This document shows positions 50,632 to 64,000 of a stretch of 64,000 nucleotides of DNA, in pieces. Origin of the DNA: the human T2T-CHM13v2.0 reference genome, Homo sapiens; the NCBI RefSeq assembly GCF_009914755.1, contig NC_060947.1, one strand, 5' to 3'. Every line of letters begins with the position of its first letter. Position 1 is the first letter of the stretch. The position numbers and the translations under genes were made by a program. The notes beneath the pieces were generated by a model, which searched no databases, was not told the origin of the DNA, and saw only the letters and a program-made list of their open reading frames with translations.

Positions 50632-52720
50632 CAGAACTTTCTTGTAGGATATGTGAATACTAAATACCTGAAGCCAGGAATGGACCCATTGCCAAGTGCC
50701 ATGGGGCGCTGGTTATTTTCCTTCCATTCTCTTACTCCTCATCTTCTTTTTAACATGAGAAATCTTGGACAGTATATTTAATCATTGCATATCAGACCAA
50801 ACAAAAATTAAATAGATTATGATATTAAGGAAAATCTTTCCCACAAGACATAGCCAAATATGTCTCACTTTCAATCTGAAACTTTGCATCAAATGTTGCT
50901 TTTTATTTTTTTAAGAGTATATTGACTTATGACATTGCTTAAATTTTAAAAAGCATATGCAAGGGTAAGATCTGCAATTTTAAGAGAGCACTTTAAATGT
51001 CCTCTTAAAATTGTAATTATCTTTGTATGTTTTCTGCCCCACCTTTTGCCTACTTTTGTAAAATGTTTACAGATCACTTTATACATTTGTGATATAGATC
51101 TTATTAATTTAGTTTTTCTTATCAGCATCATAATTTTATTCAGCTTTTTCATTTTATCTGTTTCTTTAATATTATGTATTCCTAAGATATATTGAGATAG
51201 TAGATAACTGTTCCTACCAAGATGTCTTAATTAAAAAGTTAAAATCAAGCCTTTGAGGTTAAATCTTTACCAATTATCAAAAGAAAAAATGTCTATAAAG
51301 CCCCATGGAAGAATTCATGGCAATATATACCCTAAATCTGCCTTGGTCTCTGTATTAGAGTCCCATTATTTCTGAATTACATTTTTCATTTTTATATTTT
51401 GTAATATCACACCCCAAAATAGTCACTTTTTTTTGTAGGCCACTATAGACACTAGGAAGATTAATTCAAATGTAAAAACAGTCTCTGTCTTCTAAGCATC
51501 TCACCCTTTAAGAAAAAAGCAAATTAGAAATATTGGTAATTAAACACATTCACTAAATTAATAAATGGTCACTAGTTTGACATTACAGATGCAATAAAAT
51601 TATTTCCCCCTTCAAGCTATGCATCATTGCAGCACTACTCTGTGAGGGCACTGATCTAGGGAAGCCATGGGACCAATGAACAAGATGTATACTCCCACCC
51701 TACAGGCAGCCATCTTGAAGGGGAGCACAATTAGCCATGCCATTGCTTTACAGTGAAGAAGCTGCTTGTCTGGTGGAGTATGGACTACTGTTCCAAATAT
51801 AGGTCAATCCCCTTGCATAAACAAGGAAGGGCACTGGAGGCCCATGAGAATTCCATCTGTACCTGGAACTGAAGGATGGCAGATGACAAGCCAGGCAGGG
51901 AGGAATGGACCTGGATTCCTGGTGAAGGACGTGGATATATCTTGTGGGGTATAACTTGGTATGGTCCAAAAACTAAAAGATATTAATTCCTAAATGACTT
52001 CCCAAAATGTTCAGCCAATCCATTCATAGAGAAAGGCTAAAGGTATCACTCTACAAGTGAGCTCATAAATAAGTATTTATGAAGCATAAAAAATATAAGC
52101 CAGCAAAGGGTATGTGGGGGTCGCAGCATCTAATTTCTTCACTGTAGTGTTTGTGCCTTTTCCCTGGAGCGTATTAACCCATTTATTGATGCTCACTGGT
52201 TGAGGCACATGGAGTCTGATTATTCCCTGTCCCTGGGGGCATGTAGAAATTAGGCAGGGGCTCATTAAAGCTGGTTGTGGGATTCCCTTTGGCTGTGGTT
52301 GGAAAGAGAGGGGAGTCAGATTGACCCTGGAGATTTCTCTTTTGGTGACACAGAGGTAACTTAGGAGATGTGGATCGGAGAAGAGTGAAGCCTCATCCTC
52401 ATTCACCCCTTACTTTCCCTCCCTGCAGTATCCTATTTCAAAGACTTGGTTTCTCTCTTCTAATTCAGGGCTAGTGGGACCAGGAGCTCAGAGCCCTCTG
52501 TAACATGAATGGACCTTTTGGAGATGTCCCGCCTGCATCATTCACACATCTGCATGGTTTTGTTGTAGCTTGAGTCTTGATTCTGTATCACTTCTTCCCC
52601 ACCTCCCCTGCCTCTCATCTCGCCTCTCTTTCCCACATAACCCCAGACTTGCCTTTGCTCATTGAGAAGTTTCCCAGTATAAAGAGCCATAGACAGTTTC
52701 ATTTTGAAAATTATCACAGA

Positions 52721-52935
52721 GCTGGGCACAGTGGCTCACGCCTGTAATCCCAGCAATTTGGGAGGCTGAGGCGGGCAGATCACTTGAGGTCAGGAGTTTG
52801 AGACCAGCCTGGCCAACATGGTGAAACCCTGCCTCTACCAAAAAATGCAAAAATTAGCCAGGCGTGGTAGTGTGAGCCGAGATTGCGCCACTGCACTCCA
52901 GCCTGGGTGACAGAGTGAGATCCTGTCTCAAAACT
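52721..52935 (+). mobile_element. AluS with most of the right arm internally deleted
   Basis: ggcgtggtagt joins directly to gtgagccgagattgcgcc. Confidence 0.88.
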
Positions 52936-52977
52936 AAATACATGAACAATAAATGAAAATGATCACAAATGCTATGA

Positions 52978-53196
<219 letters not shown>

Positions 53197-53199
53197 TGA

Positions 53200-53472
<273 letters not shown>

Positions 53473-53549
53473 TAACTTTAAATGGAAACAAAATGATTTC
53501 AATTGTAGGTTAAAACACAATGAGCCTATCTGGACTACTCAAATGTATA

Positions 53550-53849
53550 GATGTGTGTGTGTGTGTGTGTTGTGTGTTTGTGTGTGTGTGCATGTGTGTA
53601 TAGATAAATAGATACTTAGGTTATACCTAATGATAGATGGATGAATGGATAGATGGAAGAAAGCATTGATGAATGGATGGATAGATAGATAATAGGTAGA
53701 GAAATAGCTAGCTAGCTAGATAGACAGATGCAGAGAGAGACAAAGGTGAGATAGATGGGATGGATGGATGGATGGATGGATGGATGGAAGGAATAGATGA
53801 TAGCTAGCTAGCTAGCTAGCTAGATAGATAGAGAAATAGAAAAACAGAC

Positions 53850-53883
<34 letters not shown>

Positions 53884-54003
53884 GCAGAGAGGGACAAAGA
53901 TGAGATAGATAGATAGATAGATGCAGAGAGGGACAAAGATGAGATAGATGGGGTAGATGGATGGATGGATGAAATAGATGATGATAGATATGATAGATGG
54001 TTG

Positions 54004-54038
<35 letters not shown>

Positions 54039-54160
54039 GTTATATATAAATAGATGCAGGGAGAGAGACAAAGATTACATAGGATGGATAGATAGATAAT
54101 GAGGCAATTGGATGGATGAAATAGATGATAGATGGAACAAATGAAAGATAGATATATACA
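53550..54160. repeat. Compound microsatellite (GT)n, (GGAT)n, (GCTA)n, (GATA)n with repeated gatgcagagagggacaaagatga spacer
   Basis: Read directly from the sequence. Confidence 0.93.
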
Positions 54161-55064
54161 TAGAAAGAATATACAAAACTATTCACACCATGCTATTGAT
54201 AAAGATTTTCATTTTACTTTCCAATATAAAATTATGTCAGAATTTGTCTTGGTTGACACACCCACTGATTTTATCATGTAGATAGGGTTGACACCTTCCT
54301 TTTTGCATGAAGAGCTTGAATCTAAGCAGGCCATAAAATGAATCCTAGCAAATCTCAGAGGAGCAAAATGACCCTTTTCTTTCTTCCAACATCTTGTTAA
54401 AAAACTATCATTTTTTTCTTTTGTGAGGCACTCATTAATTTAGTGATCTAATTAACATTTTATAAGAAATTTTCAGAGGTGCTTAAAATAATTGCTGAGT
54501 TACTGAGTGTGATTTCCTCATGCCTCAGGGGTAGGTTCTGAAGTAAGGATTCGTTTCCACTTTTAACATTCAAGGAACAAAATTAAGTTGCTTCTAAAAC
54601 TTTAATTTTAAGGGCCTGTCTCAGAAAAGCATCTGACCAGGAAAAAGAAAAAAAAAAAAAACAAACTTGTATTTTTCTGTAGAGTGTGGTTTCCTGCCTA
54701 TTAAAGATATTAGCTAGTTTTCTTTTTGGATTTTTATCTGATTGGGGTTTTTTGTTGTTGTTTTGTGTTGTTTTGTTGAAATCACTAAATTAGTTCTTAT
54801 TTCTTGGTAGAGTGAGTAGAGGATTTTTATCTGGTTGAGATTTTGTTTGTTTTTTTGTTTTGTTTTGTTGGAATCGCTAAATTAGTTCTTATTTTCTGGT
54901 AGAGTGAGTAGGTAATACCTTAGCGTTTGTGGGGAAAAAAAAGTGAAAAATTCTAGGGTCCTATGAGCGGGAAGGCTAGCTTCATGAAATAGTCAGAAAG
55001 AACCTCCTTTTCAGCATGTAGGAACAGAAGCTTGGATTGGAATCAGGGTGTTTATTGGGACTGA

Positions 55065-56450
<1,386 letters not shown>

Positions 56451-58706
56451 CCACTGGTCTTTAATTTTCAAATGTGGCCATCAAGAGAGGCAAGATAATG
56501 GCTTATGTTTAGTTTATAGGTTGTCCTTGTGATATAAACAATGTGGAAAGATCCAAAATATTTTGGATTAATCTCTGAGCAAACAAAACAAAACAAAAAC
56601 CTCTGTGAGTAAACTGGGTGAAGTGAATGATGTCTCTTGGGTCTGTCAGGTCCCATTGAGTTTATAGTTTTGGGGATTGCAATCTGTAAATGGAATAACC
56701 ATCAACAGTGGAGCAGACAGCATTCCTGAATTACATAGGTAGGTATAATATATATCTATATTATAATACATAATATAGAGAGCATAAATAGATATAATTA
56801 AGTAGATATTATATAGAGGCTATGTCAAAAACACTTGCTATTCAAAACAAGCAAATAAAAGTATTTTGTTCCACTTGTAACTGTGGAGAACAGGACTCTA
56901 AAGAGAAATGGAAAGTTCATCTGAAAATCAGACGTTTGGTCTTTATGGTGACTTAAACTCTATGAGAGATGTAAAAGAGAGTTGGGAGGGTGATTTAAAA
57001 ATTATAAAGGAGACAGAGGAAATATAGGTAATATTGGTTTGTCATCCAATTAATTGCATGACACAAAATTGTAAAATCAATCTCTGGATTGAACAATGAA
57101 TGACAATGAAAAGGAAGTTATTGTGATGAAGGGAAACTATATTAGGGATTTAATTTAAAAACAAGCAAATATGCTCAGCCTAAGAAGAGAATACATAGTT
57201 AAGGTATGTGGAAGCTACATAAGTTAGGGCTGGTGAGAAAGGTAAAAGGTAACGTACTCTATGAAAATTATGTTGTCATTTCCTCACATGGAAGATGTTG
57301 TGTTCCTCTGTCCAGATCTTGTGTGCCTGGAGTTGATGCTTTACTGGAGGTTGGGAATGGGCAGTGGTTCTCCTCACTCTCTTCTTCCAGTTATGAAACA
57401 GCATAGGAGCAACCCATTCACCTGGAGGTACAACAGTGTCCTGCTACCCACAACATCACGGATTATGCAATAGATAAATCATAGGGTGTATTTTAGTATA
57501 TCTCTCTGGTATCACAAAAGTGTTTCATCAACTCTGACAGAAGCCCACATATGGTTTGGGTGTCTGAACAGACTACGAAGTGACTTACACAAAAGTTGCA
57601 ATTGATAGTATCACTTCCTCCTTCTAAAAATGAGACACAAATAGAATGATTAGTTCTTATAGTTCACACCGCCTCTCAGTTTTGACAGATTTTGTTAAAA
57701 TCTAAATTGTCATTGAACTGTGAAATATATAAACTGGTCATTGGTCATTTTAAGTATTCTCAGTTTCAGCCTCTGGGACTTGGCTCCAGAGAGTATTCTA
57801 TGTACTAGCTGCCCAACGGCTGAGGGAGCACCACACAATTTAAGTTTTTATTTTGGTTAACATCCAACTTCTGCTGCCAGTTTCTGTTTTTGTCAGTGAA
57901 GACTGACAAAATCTCAGTGGATTAACACTTGAAGATTTGTTTCTTGCCCATGCAAAATCTATTGCTGGTTGGGTGATGCTCTAGGGAAGCTTTGCTCCAT
58001 GAGGAGACTCAGGGATCCAGGTTGCTAATATCTTGTGGTTCTGTCATCTCAATAGATGGCCTTCCCAGTAGCGTCCACAGGAGAAAAGAGTTGAAGGGTC
58101 CCTTGGGGGCTTTTTGTTACTTCACTGACCCAGGGGTCAGCATGTAGACCAGGCCCCATGTCTCCACCCTGACTTGACATGGGGCTAAGAGGCAGTCTCC
58201 CCATGTCTTCAGGAAGAAGAAAATGAAACTGCCTTGCTGAACATATAGCAGTGATTTTCCTACTGCAAACAGTGATTTTCAAATTTGTTTTAAAGCTGAG
58301 GAATATTTCAGATGAAATTTTATGAGAAGCTAAGTATGTCAGAGGGATAAAAGTTGCAGTGCTTGGGTGAACCTGGAACAGAGGACTGCATTTGGAAATT
58401 GCTGACATTTAATAAAGCCCCATGGAAATCTCATGAACAGCTGGAGAGAAAGGGCAGACTCTGCAACAAAAGAATAAAAGAACATGTGAGCAAACATCTA
58501 GTTAGTGCAGACTCTAGGCAAATTAATATTTAACAGACATTTGTAAGTAAAAAAGGTAGGCACACCAGGAGAAAAATCAACACCAGCCTTGGAATTTTAA
58601 AAAAGAATTGATATTACAGCTATGTGAGTGGAGGTTGAAGGAATTTGCCCAAGGTTATAGATAGGTGTAAACTAAAGGGGCTATTTTATTATAAAAATTT
58701 GGATTG

Positions 58707-59396
<690 letters not shown>

Positions 59397-59494
59397 TACT
59401 TGAAGCATTGATGTGAAGTATACTGCTTATTGGTATTTTAATATTTTCATCAGAGAAAAATAGAGTAAAGAAAATCTATAGTTTGGTGTTGTGT

Positions 59495-59595
59495 TGCGTT
59501 TGTGTGTGTATATATATATGTATGTGTAAATATGTGTGTGTATATATGTGTGTGTGTTTGTGTATATATATGTGTGTGTGCTTTACACACATATG
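59495..59595. repeat. (TG)/(TA) compound microsatellite
   Basis: Read directly from the sequence. Confidence 0.85.
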
Positions 59596-62500
59596 TATTT
59601 AATTTACAAAGAGATAAATTATTGAAATTGATTTCCAAGGGAAGCTATAGGAGATATACATGTACAGCAGCAGCAAGTATTAATGTAAAGAATAAAGAAT
59701 TTTCTGCCCAGGGTTGGATAATAGCCACTAAAAGTCCTTTAAGCAACTATTTATAGATCTATCAGAATTCAGGTAAGACATGAGCTATTTGTCATGATTT
59801 TCACAGGTTTGGGCTGACAGGCACTTGCTGGAGGGGTTATGAGTCGTTCTTGGGCAATATGCCTGTTGTCTGGGTGCCTGTCCTTGGTAAACATTGGGAT
59901 CTGTGAGTAACCATAGCTCCATCATGTCATGCCCATGCTGACAGCCTGTCTTACCCAGGTGCCAGAGACTGCAGAAACCTATCGGATTCTGCTCACAGCA
60001 AAATGGCATGGTGAAGGATGTCGTGCAATTCCTAAGAGAGGAAGGAAGACTTCAAGCTGTCAGTCACACTCCTGAACATTTATTTCCAGTATTATTTGTA
60101 CAGAGATACTGCAGAGTTAGTGCCCGTGGTCAGCCCACACAGCCAGATGCAGGCATTGCAGGGCTGACCACCTGCCTCCTGGGCATGGCGCTTGGTTCAG
60201 AACTGTACATTGTAGGGTGGCCTTTGCTAGCCTAGTGTATGGTGGCGTATAATGTAGGATCACTATGACTTCCTGCAGGTAGACAAAGAAGGGAAAAGGG
60301 AGAGTCCAGGACTACAGGGGTAGACAAGTGATACCTCAGACTTTGCATAAGGAAAACCCCAGAGGTGCTTATTACAGCTGAAGATGGCCAAGATGAACTC
60401 TAGGGACTGTCACAGAGTAGTTCCAAATGAGACTTTGCATCAGCATTTTAATAAGCTTCTCAAGACATTCTAAACTGGGTGTTTCATAGGACACTCTAAG
60501 AAACACTGGGTTTCATATACATGTATGAGCTTTGGCTACTGTGCAGAAACACTGCAGTTATTTGTCACCTAGATTTTTCTAGAAGGTGATGCTGACAGGT
60601 GATCTCATGTAAAAGCTTTGGAACTTTATAAGATACATCATTCAGTTATATCATCATCTAGTAAGGTGCACATAGATATGTGATTAAAACAAAAGCTTAT
60701 GGAAATGATCTTTCTCTTACTAGGGTGATTGCCCTAATATTTTCTACCCCATTTTATTCTGTTTTTTTTTTTTTTTGGTAATAATCTGGTTTTGGAACTA
60801 ATTAATTTCATGATGTATCAATGGGTCACAGTCTACATGATTGACCATGCTCTTACCTAGTGTGTGAGCTTTACTGTGTTTGATAAACAGGAGCACAGCC
60901 ATTCCAAGATGGAGCGGCGCTCTTGCGCCTATTTAAGGCAGAAAACAACAGTGTGCTGTTTATCAAATTTGCTGGGAAAGCTGGACATCCTTATATCAGT
61001 CTTCATCTACCACAAATCTCTCAAAACGAGACAAGGTGGAGATTAATACAGCGTCCATTATACAATGGATAGTCAGAAATGATACTTGGCTTCCAGGGTG
61101 AATCACCTTGTATGACATGTATTTTGACAGAAATTATTTAATCTATTAGGTATATAAATATTCATATGATTACAAGTCATTTTAATGGGTATATAATTTT
61201 GAGAGGGGACCAAAACAAATTTATTGATCATGAGGATATTGAAGCCTGACAAGTTAATCTTGATTATCTCTAATTATTAGAGAGCTGAGATTTTCTTTTA
61301 GAACTACAGATTTAAGATGTTCTGGCAGCACCAAAGTTGAAGGGATGGTTATTGAATTACAACAAAAGGATTTTTTCTTTAAAATAGGTGATTCTAGTGT
61401 AGATGGCTATTGTCCACATTGGAGCACTCACAGCATGGTTAATATTAGTGAAAATGCTAGCATCTTGTACACTGTGTACATTCACAAACAGCTTCTTACA
61501 TACTTTATCTGAAGATACAAAGATTTAAAGCACATTGTTACAATCATCCTTGGGTAGAGCTGTCTATCTGTGTTAGATTAGTTATCTGATTCACAAAATA
61601 TAATATCCAAGGGTCCTGAGAGAATGGCCTTGATATGTTACCAAAGAATCCTAACATTGGTGACACCACCATGTTCATAAAACATTTTTTCAATGTCTGA
61701 AGACACATTTATATGTGTTATTTCATTATCCAGAATATCCTGAGCAATTTAGCCAGGTCTTACCACCTTTGTGAGAAATGGAGGTAGAGTTATTCAGCAG
61801 CCGAAAAAGGAATGCCTGATCAAAGCAATGGTAGTATTAGTGGAATTTACTCAAATGCTTTCAAATTTAAAAATTTCCAGTTACAACTGGTGCCTTGTTT
61901 AGATATTTTAACATATATATATATTTGTACACAGCTGCTTCTCAGTTCATCTGTCAAAGGTGGTGAGGAAAATGATTTAAAACTCCTACTTCTAAAATTT
62001 ATAGCCTTTCTCTACACTGTGTTACTGATATGATTTATACTCAAGGGTTTGCTCCTGAGATGCTAGCTTGCAATATTAGGGTATGAATGACAAGGAGGCA
62101 TAAGGCAAAGATGCTTCATTGGTTTGTGATTCTTGCAAATGAGGTCCACTTAGTCAAACCCAGTTTGTGGCCTGGGATTCCAAGCACATATTTTCAAGTT
62201 GAGGAGAGCGATGATTTAGAATGTATAACCATCCACTCCACAATCCCTCACCCTAATTGACTCATTCAGGGATAAATTTATCTGGGGGAGATGCTTCTAT
62301 TATTAGAGAACTGGATAATTAGCTCACCATATGTTATACACTGTATAGTAATTCAGGAGATGGGTCATCCTGAATGCACTTTAATTAGCCAGAAATCCTT
62401 GCTATTCTTGCATAAAGGAGTGAATTATAAATTTCTTGGAGATACCCAACTCTCTGTATGTGCCCTGTAGGGTCATCCCATTATCACAGCTTTCGGTTTT

Positions 62501-64000
62501 GCCATCCCTGTCTTCATTGCAATGCAAAACAGATCCAACTTAGGTGCACAGCAGAAATGGTAACACATAATGGGACATGTTCAAGTGTAATGGACACCGT
62601 GGAATGGTTGCCAATTATACGTCAGGTGCTGTGGATACACACATTGTTTTGTGCACCTCCCACACCCATTGCTTCCTTCACACCACATAACAACCTCATG
62701 AGGTCGGTAAATAGATGTCTCACTGTGGAGAAACTTTGAAGCTGAAATCCTTTGAATGAACAAAGCTCCACAGGTAATAAAGAGTAGAGGCTGAATTTAA
62801 ACAGAACTAACTCAACCTTTTGAATTTTGGAATGCTTCATAAACAGTTGGGGGAATCTTTTCCATCTACTCTAGTGCGGTAGACTTATTGAGTGAGGATT
62901 AGTCCGAGTGAGGATTAGTTGGAAGAAGATTAGGGCATTGTATGAGTGTCTCAACACCTTTCTCCAGATGGAAGAGTCTAGGTCCAATGCTCAAGGAAGG
63001 AGAATGCATCTCTGTAATTCTTATAGATAAGTTTGAAGATCAGTAGTTTTATCATTACTATGGTAATCGAGAAGTACCTGGATGCTCTGAAGAGAAAATA
63101 AAGCGTAAGGATGATGGGTGAATGTAGCAAGTTAATTTTATTCACAAACAGCTTTTTTCTTTAGTTCAAGTCAAGGCTAATTTTTAAAAAGGTGTCATGC
63201 TGGTGGGTAGAATGAGATTCATGTTTTATGTCTTCAATAGAAAGAGATGGATGTTGGTCACTCTGCTTTGTGAAAAAACAGATATGTTGGCCTCTTCTCT
63301 GAATTCATTGAAACAGTGCTTCATTGCTAGGAAAAATATTTAAGTAAATCACTTCGTGTTTTTCTCTGAAGATATATACATGCCCACTTCGAACAGTAGA
63401 TTTCCAAGAATGGCAATGACTTTATACACACCTACATAATCTGTATAGTATGTTATACAGTTATGGGATTTATAGATTTATCTGGAATTTGCCATTAGTA
63501 TAAGGTTCTCCAGGCTGAAGTTTATTAAGTTGTTTCAATATATTAAATATATGTATGTATATTTTGAGATATTTTAATTAGAAGTTCAATAAAAGCTAAT
63601 AAGTTTTAGTCAAGCTCAATGTAGGATAACTCTTGTTCTTTATAGATGAATTTTTTCAGCAAAGGGTTTATGGATAGCAAATCAAAAATTTGGAAATTAT
63701 GTAGAGTTCTGTTTTTAATCTCTGACTTCCCGGAGTGGTAAGATCTCCTGTTCTGAAAACAGTAAACCCTGCTCCCTGACAACTCTCCACAGAAAACACA
63801 CCAAGACATCAGCATGATGGAAAGTATCAGTAATCAAGGGGTGGGGGGGAAACACCTACATGAAAAGATTATACATTTAGTGGAGAGCCATGGGGAAGAA
63901 TCTCTCCTACCATTTCCTATGGTCTGTACTTTTATGATAAATAAATACTCCTTTCTACAAGCATTGCTTGTGTAATCATAATTCCCTAAAATCTATGACA

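Noticed and set aside
62890-62920. 16-bp tandem duplication (gagtgaggattagt..) and other tiny palindromes at ~13580 and ~27055
   Set aside because: Too short; common slippage events

Overview
Primate (very likely human) genomic DNA from the steroid sulfatase (STS, arylsulfatase C) locus, which is known to lie at Xp22.31. Five + strand coding exons with GT-AG boundaries (15453-15463, 48946-49086, 52992-53113, 53216-53338, 55090-55513) splice in frame to give the N-terminal ~273 aa ([38 protein letters not shown]...[13 protein letters not shown]...GKWHLG...FIQR). Later exons lie beyond the window. The rest is intronic or upstream DNA rich in Alu, L1, MaLR/ERV LTR and DNA-transposon remnants plus microsatellites; almost all other ORFs in the track are repeat-derived noise. 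I found no novel multi-gene system. The notable observations are: (1) a 194-bp, ~98% identical inverted duplication of unique plus partial-Alu sequence (8800-8993 vs 9484-9677); (2) several further templated-insertion or local-duplication scars; (3) inverted Alus bracketing exons 2-5, whose back-spliced circles would all be stop-free in-frame ORFs; (4) four uAUGs in exon 1, which sits next to an LTR cluster; (5) decoy splice donors. Repeat subfamily names come from recalled consensus motifs, and repeat boundaries are approximate.
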